Assembly: GCA_963665095.1 (NCBI GenBank)
Contig: OY762069.1
Span: forward strand, 2,144,001-2,208,000
Direction: 5' to 3'
From: an uncultured Desulfobacter sp.
Lineage (GTDB): Bacteria > Desulfobacterota > Desulfobacteria > Desulfobacterales > Desulfobacteraceae
DNA: 64,000 bases
Shown here: positions 49,173 through 60,890 of the stretch, piece after piece
How the letters are laid out: every line of letters begins with the position of its first letter
How positions within the stretch are numbered: the first letter of the stretch is position 1
Translations under genes and position numbers: made by a program
The notes under the pieces: model-generated
Told to the model about the DNA's origin: nothing
What the model saw: the letters and a program-made list of their open reading frames with translations, nothing else
Database searches by the model: none

Positions 49173-50560
49173 AATTATTTTTTAAAAAATATTTTATTTT
49201 CTTTGTTCTTATATTTGTAACCCTGGGGTTTACGGGATTTGCCGCATTGATCCACAACCAGGAGATCGGCCGACATCAGAACACGGTCGAAAAAATACAA
49301 AAAACCGGCAAGCTGCGCCTGATAACGACCATGGCGGTGAACACCTATTATCTGTACAACAATCAGCCCACCGGGTTTGAATATGATCTGGCCTGTGAGT
49401 TTGCAAAATTTTTAAATGTGGAAATTGATGTTATCACGCCCGGCTGGAACAACATGTTTGACTATCTTCGACAGGGCAAAGGCGATTTTATCGCTGCAGG
49501 GCTCTCCATTACATCCCAGCGTCTGGAATATGCTGAATTTTCCATTCCGTATATGACAATCCAGCAGCGTGTTATCCATCACAACCTGGTTTTCGGGCCC
49601 AAAGACATTAAAGATATGGAATACAGGACCTTCCATGTCAGACGCGGAACCTCGTATCATTACCGGCTTGCGGAACTTAAAGCCTCTGGCGTGGATCTGG
49701 AGTATGTGCTGCACAGGAATACCCCGACAGAGGAGCTTATCGGTATGGTGCACGACAGGGAAATCAAGTTTACCATTGCCGATTCAAATATTGCGCTGCT
49801 CAATCGGCGGTACTTTCCGGACATCCGCATCGGCATTCCCATCCAGGAGCGTGAATCCCTGGCCTGGGCGGTGCGCAGAAATGATACCGAAATGCTCAAA
49901 CAGGTTAATAAATTCTTTTTATATGCCATTAACACTGGTATTTTAAAACAGATTACAGCCAGGTATTATGACAATATAGAAAACTTTGATGCATATGAGC
50001 TTAAAAAGTTCCATGAACGGATCGAAACCAGGCTGCCGAAATTTAAAGATGCGATCAAGGAAGAATCAGGCAAATACGGATTTGACTGGCGGCTGGTGGC
50101 GGCAATGATCTATCAGGAATCCCATTTTAACCCCAAAGCCAGGAGCTTTACCAATGTCCGGGGGCTTATGCAGGTCACCACGGATACAGCAGAAGAGATG
50201 GGCATTAAAAACCACAGGGACCCCAACCAGAGCATCCGGGCCGGAATTAAATATCTCTCTTTGATGTACAGCCGGTTTGACTACATGGAAAACAAATACC
50301 AGCGGCTTTTATTCGCCCTGGCAAGTTATAATATCGGATATGGCCATGTTCAGGATGCCATCTCCCTTGCGCACGAGCAGGGACTTGAGGCAACTACATG
50401 GAAAGACCTGAAAACCGTGTTACCCCTGTTGTCCAAGGCAAAATACTATAATAAAACCCAATACGGATACGCCAGGGGCTGGGAACCAGTTCGTTATGTT
50501 GAACGTATTTTGACCTATTTCGATATACTTAAACAAAAAAAAGTGGCTTTGGCCGGCTGA
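49169..50560 (+). CDS. mltF: Membrane-bound lytic murein transglycosylase F
   Basis: SBP domain (GFEYDLA) plus SLT domain ([27 protein letters not shown]). Confidence 0.92.
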   Translation: MKLFFKKYFIFFVLIFVTLGFTGFAALIHNQEIGRHQNTVEKIQKTGKLRLITTMAVNTYYLYNNQPTGFEYDLACEFAKFLNVEIDVITPGWNNMFDYLRQGKGDFIAAGLSITSQRLEYAEFSIPYMTIQQRVIHHNLVFGPKDIKDMEYRTFHVRRGTSYHYRLAELKASGVDLEYVLHRNTPTEELIGMVHDREIKFTIADSNIALLNRRYFPDIRIGIPIQERESLAWAVRRNDTEMLKQVNKFFLYAINTGILKQITARYYDNIENFDAYELKKFHERIETRLPKFKDAIKEESGKYGFDWRLVAAMIYQESHFNPKARSFTNVRGLMQVTTDTAEEMGIKNHRDPNQSIRAGIKYLSLMYSRFDYMENKYQRLLFALASYNIGYGHVQDAISLAHEQGLEATTWKDLKTVLPLLSKAKYYNKTQYGYARGWEPVRYVERILTYFDILKQKKVALAG

Positions 50561-50676
50561 TGCGCAACACCACAGGGCTGCTTAAATATAGACAGACACA
50601 TCCTTAAGACCTTGATTTCTTAATCTTAGCAGGTTTTTTTGGAAGTTACCAAATTCTAAAACAAAATGAGACCGTA

Positions 50677-52140
50677 ATGACAAGAAAGATTCTTATCAAT
50701 GCAATGGATCCGGAAGAAAACCGCATTGCCATGGTTTTCGACAATAAACTGGATCAATTCCACATTGAAACAGCTGCAAAAGCTGTGACCAAAGGAAACA
50801 TCTACAAAGGTGTTGTCACCCGGGTAGAGCCCAGTCTTCAGGCCGTATTTGTGGACTATGGGGCTGAAAAAAACGGGTTCCTTCAAAAAAATGAAATTCA
50901 CCCGGATTATTTCCAGGCCGTTGAAAAAAGCGAACGTTCCCTGTTCAACCTGATTAAAAAGGGTCAGGAGATAATTGTCCAGGTCACCAAAGACCCCATT
51001 AACTTAAAAGGCGCCATGCTGACCACCTACATCTCGCTTCCCGGACGATTCGGGGTACTGATGCCGGGTAACAATACCAGGGGGGTCTCCCGTAAAATCC
51101 TAGAGGAAGATGAACGCAAACGACTGGTGGGGATTCTCAAGAGCATGAAAATTCCCGAAGGGTTCGGGATGATTGCCAGAACCGCAGGCAAAGGTGCTAC
51201 CAAAACCCTTTTGATTTCAGATCTGAAATACCTGATGCGGGTCTGGAAAAACATAGACAAGCAGGCCATGGAGCAACAGGCACCCTGTCTTCTTTACAAG
51301 GAGCAAAGCCTGGCTGTGCGATCACTCAGGGATTATTTCACCACAGATATCAAGGAGATCCTGATCGACAACCCGGACACCTACAAAGAAGTCAGCGAGT
51401 TCATCGGGATGATCGCCCCCAAACTGAAAAGGATTGTCCGGCTTTTCAAAGGCGAAAAACCCATCTTCACTAAATACCAGCTTGAAGAACAGATCTCCTC
51501 CATCTACCGCAGGGAGGTTCAGCTTAAATCGGGCGGGTTTCTGGTGATTGAACAGACAGAAGCCCTGGTCTCCATTGATGTGAACTCTGGAAAATCCACA
51601 CAGAAAAGCAGTATTGAAGAGACCGCCTACTACACCAATCTTGAGGCAGCCGAGGAAGTGGCCAGACAGTTACGGCTGAGGGATATGGGGGGGCTTATTG
51701 TCGTGGATTTTATTGATATGAGAGAGCGGCGGCACAAGGCTGAAATCACCAAAAATTTAAAAAAACATCTGAAAACAGATAAAGCAAAAACCAAGGTGGG
51801 CGGCATAACGGCATTCGGCCTTCTGGAGATGTCCCGCCAAAGAATCCGGCACTCCATCACCTATGGTGCCTATGAAACCTGCAGGCACTGCAACGGCCGT
51901 GGCATGACCCCGTCCGTTGAGACCCAGGGACTTGCCATCTTGCGACAATTATCGTTGAAGACCCTTAAATCGGAAACTGGGCACAAATTTATATGCAGGG
52001 TTCCTGAGGATGTGGCCTACTATATGCTGAACACCAAACGGGAAGAGTTGCTTGAGCTGGAAACCAAACGACAGGTTGCCATAAATATAGAAATAGACAA
52101 CCGCCTGGTATCGGGGCAGAGCAATATTAACCAAATTTAG
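50677..52140 (+). CDS. Rne/Rng family ribonuclease
   Basis: GNIYKG...EPSLQAVFVDYG, IDVNSG, RLRDMGGLIVVDFIDM and CRHCNG; 487 aa with no long C-terminal scaffold. Confidence 0.93.
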   Translation: MTRKILINAMDPEENRIAMVFDNKLDQFHIETAAKAVTKGNIYKGVVTRVEPSLQAVFVDYGAEKNGFLQKNEIHPDYFQAVEKSERSLFNLIKKGQEIIVQVTKDPINLKGAMLTTYISLPGRFGVLMPGNNTRGVSRKILEEDERKRLVGILKSMKIPEGFGMIARTAGKGATKTLLISDLKYLMRVWKNIDKQAMEQQAPCLLYKEQSLAVRSLRDYFTTDIKEILIDNPDTYKEVSEFIGMIAPKLKRIVRLFKGEKPIFTKYQLEEQISSIYRREVQLKSGGFLVIEQTEALVSIDVNSGKSTQKSSIEETAYYTNLEAAEEVARQLRLRDMGGLIVVDFIDMRERRHKAEITKNLKKHLKTDKAKTKVGGITAFGLLEMSRQRIRHSITYGAYETCRHCNGRGMTPSVETQGLAILRQLSLKTLKSETGHKFICRVPEDVAYYMLNTKREELLELETKRQVAINIEIDNRLVSGQSNINQI

Positions 52141-52352
52141 TATGAAAAACCGAATTCCCCTTTAAGCAAAAGACTTTAACAGGCATAAATAACTTATGAC
52201 TTATTTATATCATCGTTATTATGTCTGACTATTGTGTTTAAATACATATATGCAGTGCAATCCGTCTTCATGTAACCAGAAAAGGCTGCCTTGACAATAT
52301 CTGCATTTTTGTTGTATCTGAAACAACTTTAAGGAAGTTTAAAGGAGAGCCC

Positions 52353-53174
52353 TTGCGTTCATACAGGCCAAAAAAGGCACGCAGACCTTCGATCATTATC
52401 CTTGCATCAGGGCTGGCTGTAATCCTGGCAACGGCACTGATCATCCGGTACAGGCTGCCGGAAAACAGCAGTCGGCAAGCCGCGCAGGAAGCACATAAAC
52501 AGACGCAGGATATGGAGTCTGTGGCAAATAAAAACACACCTGACGGAATGGTAATCAAAGAAGTCAGCAAGCCGGAGGTCATTGATTACAACGAACTTGA
52601 AAAAGAGGGCATTATAAAAGATTTAATGGCCTCCCGAAAAAAAGACCTTGGCATGTATGACAGCCTGGATATGGTGGTAAGATCCGACGAGACGGTTACT
52701 GTCGGCGGCATCACCGTCTCCATGCAGGAAATCCTTGAGCAGGCCGCAGCCAGGCAGGGCAAGGTATTTGAGACACAGCTTACCGAATCAGGCAGCCGGC
52801 AGCCGGGCAAAGTGACTACGTACGGGGTATATGTGGTCCAGCCGGGGGATAATATATGGAATATCCACTTCAGGATACTTAAAGAATATTATGCCCGCAA
52901 AGGCATTGAGGTGGAAGACAGGGCTGATGAACCAACGGATGCAGGCGTCAGTTCCGGCATAGGAAAAATTTTAAAATTTTCCGAATCCATGGTGATTATT
53001 TATAATCTCAAGGAAAAAACTGTGGATGACAATATTAATATCATAGAACCGTTGAGCAAGGTGATCATCTATAATATGGAAGAGGTGTTTTCCCTGCTTG
53101 ATAAAATAGATTTTAACCATGTGGACAGACTCCAGTTTGATGGAACAAACATCTGGATACCAATACACAACTAA
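52353..53174 (+). CDS. Membrane-anchored protein with LysM-like motif
   Basis: N-terminal TM segment; YVVQPGDNIWNI. Confidence 0.65.
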   Translation: MRSYRPKKARRPSIIILASGLAVILATALIIRYRLPENSSRQAAQEAHKQTQDMESVANKNTPDGMVIKEVSKPEVIDYNELEKEGIIKDLMASRKKDLGMYDSLDMVVRSDETVTVGGITVSMQEILEQAAARQGKVFETQLTESGSRQPGKVTTYGVYVVQPGDNIWNIHFRILKEYYARKGIEVEDRADEPTDAGVSSGIGKILKFSESMVIIYNLKEKTVDDNINIIEPLSKVIIYNMEEVFSLLDKIDFNHVDRLQFDGTNIWIPIHN

Positions 53175-53207
53175 AAAACCCGTTTACCCGATTAAAGGAG
53201 GCACATT

Positions 53208-53552
53208 TTGATCAGTACAGCATATGCCATGGGCCCCGCAGGCGGCCAGGCTGGACAGGCCGGTGGACTGGCAGGTTTTCTGCCCATTATTATTTTGTTT
53301 GCCATTTTCTACTTTCTGCTCATACGGCCCCAGCAGAAAAAGGCTAAAGAGCACAAGCAGATGATTGACAACCTTAAAAAAGGAAGCAGAATTGTGACCT
53401 CCGGTGGTATTTACGGCACCATTGTATCTCTGGATGACACCACCATCGGGCTTGAGATTGCTGAAAAAGTAAAAATCAAAATATCACGGGCAAATGTAGC
53501 CGGCATGATTCGGGATAATGAACCGGCAGCAAAAGCCAAAGAAAAAAATTAA
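53208..53552 (+). CDS. yajC: Preprotein translocase subunit YajC
   Basis: FYFLLIRPQQKK...LKKGSRIVTSGGIYG. Confidence 0.96.
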   Translation: MISTAYAMGPAGGQAGQAGGLAGFLPIIILFAIFYFLLIRPQQKKAKEHKQMIDNLKKGSRIVTSGGIYGTIVSLDDTTIGLEIAEKVKIKISRANVAGMIRDNEPAAKAKEKN

Positions 53553-53579
53553 CTTAATTCTTTCCGGGAGTGTTTAAGA

Positions 53580-55151
53580 TTGAAATTTTTTACCTTGAAG
53601 CGCGTACTCATTCTGGGAATTATCGTTGCTGCAGTTGTATGCCTGCTTCCCACCTTTACCAATACCTGGCCCCATAAAAAGATCAACCTTGGTCTTGACC
53701 TTCAGGGCGGTATGCACCTGGTCCTTGAAGTTCAAAGCGAAAAAGCGGTTGAAGCGGAGCTGGACCGGACCATCAGCGAGCTGAAAACAGATCTTAAAAA
53801 AGAAAAAATAAAACACATGGGCATTGCCACGGCCCCTGATCATAAGATCATTGTTAAAATTTCAGATACGGACAACAAGTCCAGTGTAGAAGAATTGCTG
53901 TCAGAAGAGTATGCAAGTCTTGAGATTCCTTCGGTGAGCACCATTGAAGGCGGGGTAGCCTTTACCCTGCGCCTGCCGGACAAAGAGAGCGCCTCCATAA
54001 AAAAGATGGCCACGGAACAGGCCCTTGAGACCATTCGCAACCGTATTGACGAGTTTGGTGTCAGCGAACCTGATATCCGTATCCAGGGCGGGGACAGAAT
54101 TCTTTTGCAGCTGCCCGGCATCAGTGACCCGGACCGGGCCAAGGATCTTATTGGAAAAACCGCCCAGCTCACCTTCCAGCTGGTGGATGAACAAAATGAT
54201 GTTCAGACCGCTCTTGCCGGCAAACCACCCGTGGGAGATGAGATCCTTTACCAGATAAGAAAGGATGAAACCACCGGTTCCCATAGTAAAGTACCCTTCC
54301 TGATCAAAAAGCATGTGGAGCTGGACGGCAGCCACCTGACAAATGCCCGGGTGGAATTTGACCAGTTCCAGCAGCCCCAGGTGGGCATTGAATTCAGCCG
54401 CAAAGGCGCCCGGATTTTTGAACGTATCACCGGTGCCAATGTTAACAAGCGCCTTGCCATTGTGCTGGATAAAAACGTCTACTCCGCCCCCAATATCCAG
54501 GACCGCATCGCAGGCGGCAAAGCCCGGATCACCGGTCATTTTACCCTTGAAGAAGCCACGGACCTTGCCATTGCCCTGCGGGCAGGTTCCCTGCCGGCAC
54601 CGGTAAAAATCATTGAAGAACGAACCGTTGGGCCGACATTAGGTGCGGATTCCGTACGTATGGGTCTGATCTCCATGCTGGTGGGCGGTGCCCTGGTCAT
54701 TGTCTTCATGGTGATCTACTACCGGGGTGCAGGTCTGATTGCCGATCTTGCTTTGATTGTAAACATCTTTCTTATCGGAGGCGGGCTGGCAGTATTTGGC
54801 GCCACCCTGACCCTTCCGGGTATTGCCGGTATTATTCTGACCATTGGTATGGCGGTGGATGCCAACGTTATTATTTTTGAACGTATCCGGGAAGAGCTTC
54901 GTTCCGGACGGACAGCCAAGGCAGCGGTGGAAGCCGGATATGAACGGGCCACCCTGACCATCATGGATGCCAATGTCACGACCCTGATTGCCGCTATTGT
55001 CCTGTTCCAGTTCGGCACAGGTCCTATCAAGGGCTTTGCCGTCACCCTGGGCCTTGGTATTGTGGCCAGCCTGTTTACTGCCCTGATCCTGTCCAAGAGC
55101 ATTTACGACATCATTCTTGCGAACAAACAATCTGACACTTTAAGCATATAA
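53580..55151 (+). CDS. secD: Protein translocase subunit SecD
   Basis: LGLDLQGG, RNRIDEFGVSEP and GMAVDANVIIFERIREE. Confidence 0.97.
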   Translation: MKFFTLKRVLILGIIVAAVVCLLPTFTNTWPHKKINLGLDLQGGMHLVLEVQSEKAVEAELDRTISELKTDLKKEKIKHMGIATAPDHKIIVKISDTDNKSSVEELLSEEYASLEIPSVSTIEGGVAFTLRLPDKESASIKKMATEQALETIRNRIDEFGVSEPDIRIQGGDRILLQLPGISDPDRAKDLIGKTAQLTFQLVDEQNDVQTALAGKPPVGDEILYQIRKDETTGSHSKVPFLIKKHVELDGSHLTNARVEFDQFQQPQVGIEFSRKGARIFERITGANVNKRLAIVLDKNVYSAPNIQDRIAGGKARITGHFTLEEATDLAIALRAGSLPAPVKIIEERTVGPTLGADSVRMGLISMLVGGALVIVFMVIYYRGAGLIADLALIVNIFLIGGGLAVFGATLTLPGIAGIILTIGMAVDANVIIFERIREELRSGRTAKAAVEAGYERATLTIMDANVTTLIAAIVLFQFGTGPIKGFAVTLGLGIVASLFTALILSKSIYDIILANKQSDTLSI

Positions 55152-55164
55152 GGAAATTTTCATC

Positions 55165-56202
55165 ATGCAGTTTATCAAGCCTGGTACCAATATCAATTTT
55201 ATGGGAATGCGCAAAATCGGTTTTGGCGTTTCCCTGATCCTGATTCTGGCAGGTATTATCTCTCTTATCATTCATGGCGGTCCCAATTATGGAATTGACT
55301 TTGCCGGCGGCACCCTTGTACAGGTGAAATTTTCCCAGAGTGTTGATGTATCAGACATTCGCAAAGGACTTGACAACATCGGACTGAAAGATGTCTCTGT
55401 TCAGAATTTTGGGGAGGCTGGGGCACATGAATACCTGATCCGCACCTCCTCCGACACCGAGGCGCTGGATGGAAAACTTTCCGATACCATTGCAAAAGGG
55501 ATTAAGGCATCTACCTCACTGGACCCGGATATCCGGCGAGTGGAAATGGTGGGAGCACGGGTGGGGAATGATCTCAAGAAACAAGCCCTTCTGGCGATCT
55601 TTTATTCTCTTTTGTTTATCACCATCTATATTTCCGGCAGGTTTGAACAAAAATGGACCATTGCCGGCATTACGGCGGGGGCATTGATGGCAGCTGTCTA
55701 CTTTCTGTCCGTTTTCAACCTGTCCATGCCGTTTTTGATTGCTGCAGCCCTGATTGTCTCTCTGATTCTGTTCTGGTTTCTGCAACTGCAGTATGCCATT
55801 GGCGCCATTGTAGCCCTGATCCATGATGTAACTATCACTTTAGGGGTTTTTTCCCTGCTCAATCTTGATGTTTCCCTGCAGATTATTGCGGCCCTTTTAA
55901 CCATCATCGGGTACTCTCTCAACGACACCATCATCGTGTTTGACAGAATCCGTGAAAACATCAAGGGCAATTCAGACCGCTCTATGATTTCAGCGCTGTT
56001 CAACCGCAGCATCAATGAGACCTTATCCAGAACCATCCTGACATCAGCGACCACTTTAATTGTGTTGCTGGCTTTGTTTTTCCTGGGCGGTGAAATTATA
56101 CATAATTTCGCCTTTGCCATGATCATAGGGATAGTTGTGGGCACCTACTCATCCATTTTCATTGCCTCACCCATTGTGTATCTGTCACACAGAAAAGGAT
56201 AA
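55165..56202 (+). CDS. secF: Protein translocase subunit SecF
   Basis: GIDFAGG, GYSLNDTIIVFDRIRE and GTYSSIFIA. Confidence 0.97.
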   Translation: MQFIKPGTNINFMGMRKIGFGVSLILILAGIISLIIHGGPNYGIDFAGGTLVQVKFSQSVDVSDIRKGLDNIGLKDVSVQNFGEAGAHEYLIRTSSDTEALDGKLSDTIAKGIKASTSLDPDIRRVEMVGARVGNDLKKQALLAIFYSLLFITIYISGRFEQKWTIAGITAGALMAAVYFLSVFNLSMPFLIAAALIVSLILFWFLQLQYAIGAIVALIHDVTITLGVFSLLNLDVSLQIIAALLTIIGYSLNDTIIVFDRIRENIKGNSDRSMISALFNRSINETLSRTILTSATTLIVLLALFFLGGEIIHNFAFAMIIGIVVGTYSSIFIASPIVYLSHRKG

Positions 56203-56211
56203 GGTTGGCGG

Positions 56212-56913
56212 ATGCCTGGTCTAACAAAATACCCGGCCAGAACCTTGGTGTTTTTTTTTACCCTTTTGTTTATGGTATCATGTTCTACCGTTAAGCCACC
56301 GGTTCACCAGCAGGCACAGGACCTGACAAAGGCCGTGCCTGCCGAAACCCTTTCGGAACAAACCGGCAACAACACCCAACTCCATATTCTGGAAGGAAAA
56401 ATCAGCCTTCTTGAGGAGAGGGTTGAAGCACTGGAAGCCCGGATATCCTCGAACCATACGGCATCTTTGCCTGAAAAGCCGGTCGCTGTCGCTAAAACAA
56501 ATACTGAAACCGGCCACTCTCCTGCATCATCGCAGACGCCCGATCCTGTAACGCTTTACAACCAGGGCCGGCAGCGGCTCCTGGCACATGAGGTGTCACA
56601 AGCGGCTTCTTCATTTTCAATTTTTTTAAAAAACTATCCCGACCATGATCTGGCAGACAATGCGCTTTACTGGCTTGGTGAATGCAGCTACACCACAGGT
56701 AATTATGAAGAATCTATTGAGAGTTTTAAACGCGTTGTACAGAACTACCCCAAGGGGCAGAAGGTTCCGGATGCCCTGCTTAAAATCGGATATGCATATA
56801 TTTCCATTGATGACGTCCATCAGGCCACGCTCTATTTGAAAAGGGTTATCACCCAGTATCCGTTCTCTCCTGCCGCAGAAAAGGCTCAAACAAAACTGTC
56901 ACAGATTCAGTAG
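56212..56913 (+). CDS. cpoB: Tol-Pal-associated TPR lipoprotein CpoB/YbgF
   Basis: Lipobox, coiled coil, and TPRs (ADNALYWLGE, KVPDALLKIG). Confidence 0.85.
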   Translation: MPGLTKYPARTLVFFFTLLFMVSCSTVKPPVHQQAQDLTKAVPAETLSEQTGNNTQLHILEGKISLLEERVEALEARISSNHTASLPEKPVAVAKTNTETGHSPASSQTPDPVTLYNQGRQRLLAHEVSQAASSFSIFLKNYPDHDLADNALYWLGECSYTTGNYEESIESFKRVVQNYPKGQKVPDALLKIGYAYISIDDVHQATLYLKRVITQYPFSPAAEKAQTKLSQIQ

Positions 56914-56917
56914 AAAA

Positions 56918-58033
56918 ATGACCATTTGTCCGGACACATATCTGCCCTGGTTCACCATGGCAGCACTGCCGGGATTAAGCCCTGGAAACATCAAGCTTCT
57001 GATCCGGCAATTCACCACACCTTGGCGAGTTCTACAGGCTTCTGAGCAGGATTTATCATCTGTTCCCGGTATCCGGTCCCGGGCAGTCAAAGCGATCTTA
57101 GGCCATAAAACGGTTGAAGCTTGTGCCCGGCAGCGCCTTGAACAGATATTCAGCGCAGGATACAAGGTTGCGGCACTGACAGATGACATCTACCCTGCCC
57201 TGCTCAAAGAGATTCCTGATCCGCCTCCCCTGCTCTTTTATGACGGGGAGCTGGATGCCAAGGCGCCCTGCATATCCATGGTAGGATCACGCAACGCCAC
57301 CCGGTACGGCACAGATACGGCACGGCACCTGGCAAAACGGCTGGCAGCTGCGGGTTTTACAGTAGTATCAGGCATGGCATTAGGGGTTGATACCGCATCC
57401 CACAATGGTGCGCTTGAGGCAGATACGGGGAAAACCATTGCGGTTTTAGGCTCCGGCCTTGCCAATATCTATCCGAAACAAAATAGAGCCTTATATCAGC
57501 GTATAAAAGACAAGGGGGCGGTGATTTCCGAATTTTATCCGGAGACAAAACCTTTGCCAATCAACTTTCCCCAGCGAAACAGAATCATAGCCGGCCTCTC
57601 CTGCGGTACGGTTGTGGTGGAAGCTGCAGAAAAAAGCGGGTCTCTTATCACGGCCCGCCTGGCAGGGGAATACAACCGGGAGGTATTTGCCGTACCAGGC
57701 AGTATCCGATCATCAAAAAGCCGGGGCACCCATCATCTGATCAAACAGGGTGCCCGGCTTGTGGAAAATGAAATGGATATCATTGACGAACTTTCCCAGT
57801 TTGTCCATGTATCTAAACCGGGTGATTCGGAGCCGGCTTTGCAAAAACCGGCCATGGACAAAATCCAGGCCATGGTATATAAACACCTGGATCTTTATCC
57901 TGTGCATATAGACCAGATTACCGTCTCAAGCGGGCTTACAAGCGCACAGGTTGCAGCGGCCCTGCTTGACCTGGAATTATCCGGGCTTATTATTCGCCAT
58001 CCAGGCAATAACTATTCAATCGTGGAGGAATAA
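56918..58033 (+). CDS. dprA: DNA-processing protein DprA
   Basis: VGSR, VSGMALGVD, FPQRNRII and SGSLITA. Confidence 0.96.
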   Translation: MTICPDTYLPWFTMAALPGLSPGNIKLLIRQFTTPWRVLQASEQDLSSVPGIRSRAVKAILGHKTVEACARQRLEQIFSAGYKVAALTDDIYPALLKEIPDPPPLLFYDGELDAKAPCISMVGSRNATRYGTDTARHLAKRLAAAGFTVVSGMALGVDTASHNGALEADTGKTIAVLGSGLANIYPKQNRALYQRIKDKGAVISEFYPETKPLPINFPQRNRIIAGLSCGTVVVEAAEKSGSLITARLAGEYNREVFAVPGSIRSSKSRGTHHLIKQGARLVENEMDIIDELSQFVHVSKPGDSEPALQKPAMDKIQAMVYKHLDLYPVHIDQITVSSGLTSAQVAAALLDLELSGLIIRHPGNNYSIVEE

Positions 58034-58035
58034 AA

Positions 58036-60318
58036 TTGGCAAAACCGCTTATCATTGTCGAATCGCCAACCAAAATCAAAACCCTGAAAAAATACGTTGG
58101 GAAAGGATATAACGTGGCAGCCAGTGCCGGTCACATCCGCGACCTTCCGGTAAAAGATTTAGGCATTGACGTGGACGACAATTTTAAAGCCAAGTATGTC
58201 AACATAAAAGACAAGACCAAAGTTATTGCCAACCTGAAGAAAACAGCCGGGGATACAAACGAGGTGTTTCTTGCCCCTGACCCGGACCGTGAAGGTGAAG
58301 CCATTGCCTTTCATATCATGCACATCCTGAAAAAAAAGGACCGGCAGTTTCACCGGGTTCTGATTCATGAGCTCACCAAGAGAGGCATTACTGAAGCCCT
58401 GGCCCACCCAACAGAACCGGATGAGGACAAATATGATGCCCAGCAGGCCAGAAGAAAACTGGACAGGCTGGTGGGGTACCAGATCTCCCCGCTTTTGTGG
58501 CAAAAGGTGCAGCGGGGCTTAAGTGCCGGCCGGGTTCAGTCCGTGGCCGTTAAAATTATCTGTGACAGGGAACGGGAGATCCGCGCCTTTGAGCCTGAAG
58601 AATACTGGACCATCACGGCGGATCTTCTGGCTGGCCAGCCACCGGTTTTCAATGCAGCACTGACCAGAATATCCGGTAAAAAAGCAAAAATCACCAATGC
58701 AGACCAGGCTCATGCCATTGTGGCCGACCTTGAACAGGCCCGTTTTCAGGTGCAGGAAATTAAAAACAAAACCCTGAGGCGCAATCCATTACCTCCTTTT
58801 ATTACCAGTAAGCTGCAGCAGGATGCCATCAACCGGCTTCGTTTTTCAGCCAAGAAAACAATGATCGTGGCCCAGCAGTTGTATGAAGGTATTGAAATCG
58901 GGACCGGCGGTCCCGAAGGTCTGATCACCTATATGCGTACAGACTCCACACGGATTGCACCCGAAGCTGCCCAGGAGGCATTAGACCTCATCAGCAACAC
59001 ATACGGTCCTGAATACGCCCTGGACTCCCCCAGATTTTTTAAAAATAAAAACAAGGCCCAGGATGCCCATGAAGCCATCCGGCCCACATCTATACACAAT
59101 ATCCCGGAGAATCTGAAAAATCACCTCACCCCGGACCAGTTCAAGCTGTATGATCTGATATGGAAACGCTTTGTGGCCTCCCAGATGGCCCAGGCCCTGA
59201 TTGACCAGAAATCCATTCTGATATCTGCCACTGAGAAATATCTTTTTTCCGTGTCCGGGTCCACAGTCCGGTTTGACGGATTCATGCGGCTGTATGCCAC
59301 CCAGGAAAAATCCAGCGACAAGGATATCCAGTCTCTGCCCCCGGTTGAGGCAGGCGATCCCCTTACAACAAAAAAACTGAATCCTGACCAGCATTTTACC
59401 AAACCCCCGCCAAGGTTCTCAGAAGCATCCCTGGTCAAGGAGCTTGAAAAAAACGGCATTGGCAGACCCTCCACCTATGCCTCTATCATTGCTGTAATCC
59501 AGGATAAAGGATATGTGGAACTTATTAACCGGTACTTTGTTCCCAGTGAACTTGGCTTTATTGTAAACGATCTGCTTGTTTCCGCATTTCCAAGGCTTCT
59601 GGACATTTCATTTACCGCCCAGATGGAAACCAACCTGGATGATGTTGAACAGGGCAAACTCAATGAAATTGAACTTCTGAAAGTCTTTTACTCAGATTTC
59701 AAGGCCACCCTGGATAATGCCAAGGACGATATGGTGTCTGTAAAAGGGGTTGGCATAGAAACAGATATCAAATGTCCCTTGTGCGGCAAGCCAGTGAATA
59801 TTAAAATCGGCAGAAACGGTCATTTCCTTGCCTGCACCGGGTATCCGGAATGCAGTTTCACCTCCAATTACACCAGGGATGAAAAAGGCAATATTCAAAT
59901 TGTTGAAAAAATCCAGGACAGTGAGCCGGTCAAGGACTGCCCGGAATGCGGCAAACCCATGGTGATGAAAGAGGGACGGTTTGGTCTGTTCCTGGCATGT
60001 ACCGGTTACCCGGAGTGTAAACACACGGAATCCGTGGCCCAGGAGAACTCAAACAAAGATACCGGTGTTCCCTGTCCTGAAAAGGGATGCACCGGCACCA
60101 TTGTTGAGAAACGATCTAAGCGGGGGAAAATTTTCTACGGATGTTCAAAATATCCGGACTGCACCTTTGCCACCTGGGATAAACCTGTCAATGAAAGCTG
60201 TCCGGACTGCGGCAACCCGTACTTAGTGGAAAAGGAAACCAAACGGGACGGTAAACTTTATAAATGTCCGGACCGTAAATGCGGGTTTAAAAAAAGCCTG
60301 CTGCCTGACCAGGAATAA
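58036..60318 (+). CDS. topA: DNA topoisomerase I
   Basis: IVESPTK, DPDREGEAI, SAGRVQS, GLITYMRTDS and three C-terminal zinc ribbons. Confidence 0.97.
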   Translation: MAKPLIIVESPTKIKTLKKYVGKGYNVAASAGHIRDLPVKDLGIDVDDNFKAKYVNIKDKTKVIANLKKTAGDTNEVFLAPDPDREGEAIAFHIMHILKKKDRQFHRVLIHELTKRGITEALAHPTEPDEDKYDAQQARRKLDRLVGYQISPLLWQKVQRGLSAGRVQSVAVKIICDREREIRAFEPEEYWTITADLLAGQPPVFNAALTRISGKKAKITNADQAHAIVADLEQARFQVQEIKNKTLRRNPLPPFITSKLQQDAINRLRFSAKKTMIVAQQLYEGIEIGTGGPEGLITYMRTDSTRIAPEAAQEALDLISNTYGPEYALDSPRFFKNKNKAQDAHEAIRPTSIHNIPENLKNHLTPDQFKLYDLIWKRFVASQMAQALIDQKSILISATEKYLFSVSGSTVRFDGFMRLYATQEKSSDKDIQSLPPVEAGDPLTTKKLNPDQHFTKPPPRFSEASLVKELEKNGIGRPSTYASIIAVIQDKGYVELINRYFVPSELGFIVNDLLVSAFPRLLDISFTAQMETNLDDVEQGKLNEIELLKVFYSDFKATLDNAKDDMVSVKGVGIETDIKCPLCGKPVNIKIGRNGHFLACTGYPECSFTSNYTRDEKGNIQIVEKIQDSEPVKDCPECGKPMVMKEGRFGLFLACTGYPECKHTESVAQENSNKDTGVPCPEKGCTGTIVEKRSKRGKIFYGCSKYPDCTFATWDKPVNESCPDCGNPYLVEKETKRDGKLYKCPDRKCGFKKSLLPDQE

Positions 60319-60326
60319 CAAACTTG

Positions 60327-60890
60327 TTATTCATTTACACGCTCGACATATTCCCGGGTCCGCGTATCAATTTTAATTAACTGGCCTTCATCCACAAATG
60401 GCGGGACCTGCACCTCAAACCCGGTTTCAACCGTGGCCGGTTTGGTATCGCCTGTAGCCGTATCCCCCTTGGCCCAGGGCTCGGTAACGGTAACCCGCAA
60501 CGCCACGAAATTGGGCAGCGTAACACCGATGGGCTTCTGATTGTGCAAAAGTACCGTACAAACAGTATTATCTTTAAGCAGATCCACGTTCTCACCGATC
60601 TGATCCTTTGTCAGCATAATTTGTTCGTAGGTATTTGAATTCATGAAACACCACTCATCCCTGTCTGAATAAAGGTATTCCATATCCACTTCTTCAAGGT
60701 CAGCTTTTTCAAACTTGTCACCGGAACGATAGGTACGTTCAAACTGGGCACCGGTGATCATATTTTTCAATCTGCATTTATACAGGGACTGCCCTTTTCC
60801 AGGTTTTTTAAATTCAAATCCCACAATGACATGGGGATCACCCTCAATATCCAGTTTCAGTCCTTTTCTCAAATCACTGGCTAAATACAT
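60327..60890 (-). CDS. efp: Elongation factor P
   Basis: KPGKGQ, GDTA and IKIDTRT. Confidence 0.97.
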   Translation of the reverse strand: MYLASDLRKGLKLDIEGDPHVIVGFEFKKPGKGQSLYKCRLKNMITGAQFERTYRSGDKFEKADLEEVDMEYLYSDRDEWCFMNSNTYEQIMLTKDQIGENVDLLKDNTVCTVLLHNQKPIGVTLPNFVALRVTVTEPWAKGDTATGDTKPATVETGFEVQVPPFVDEGQLIKIDTRTREYVERVNE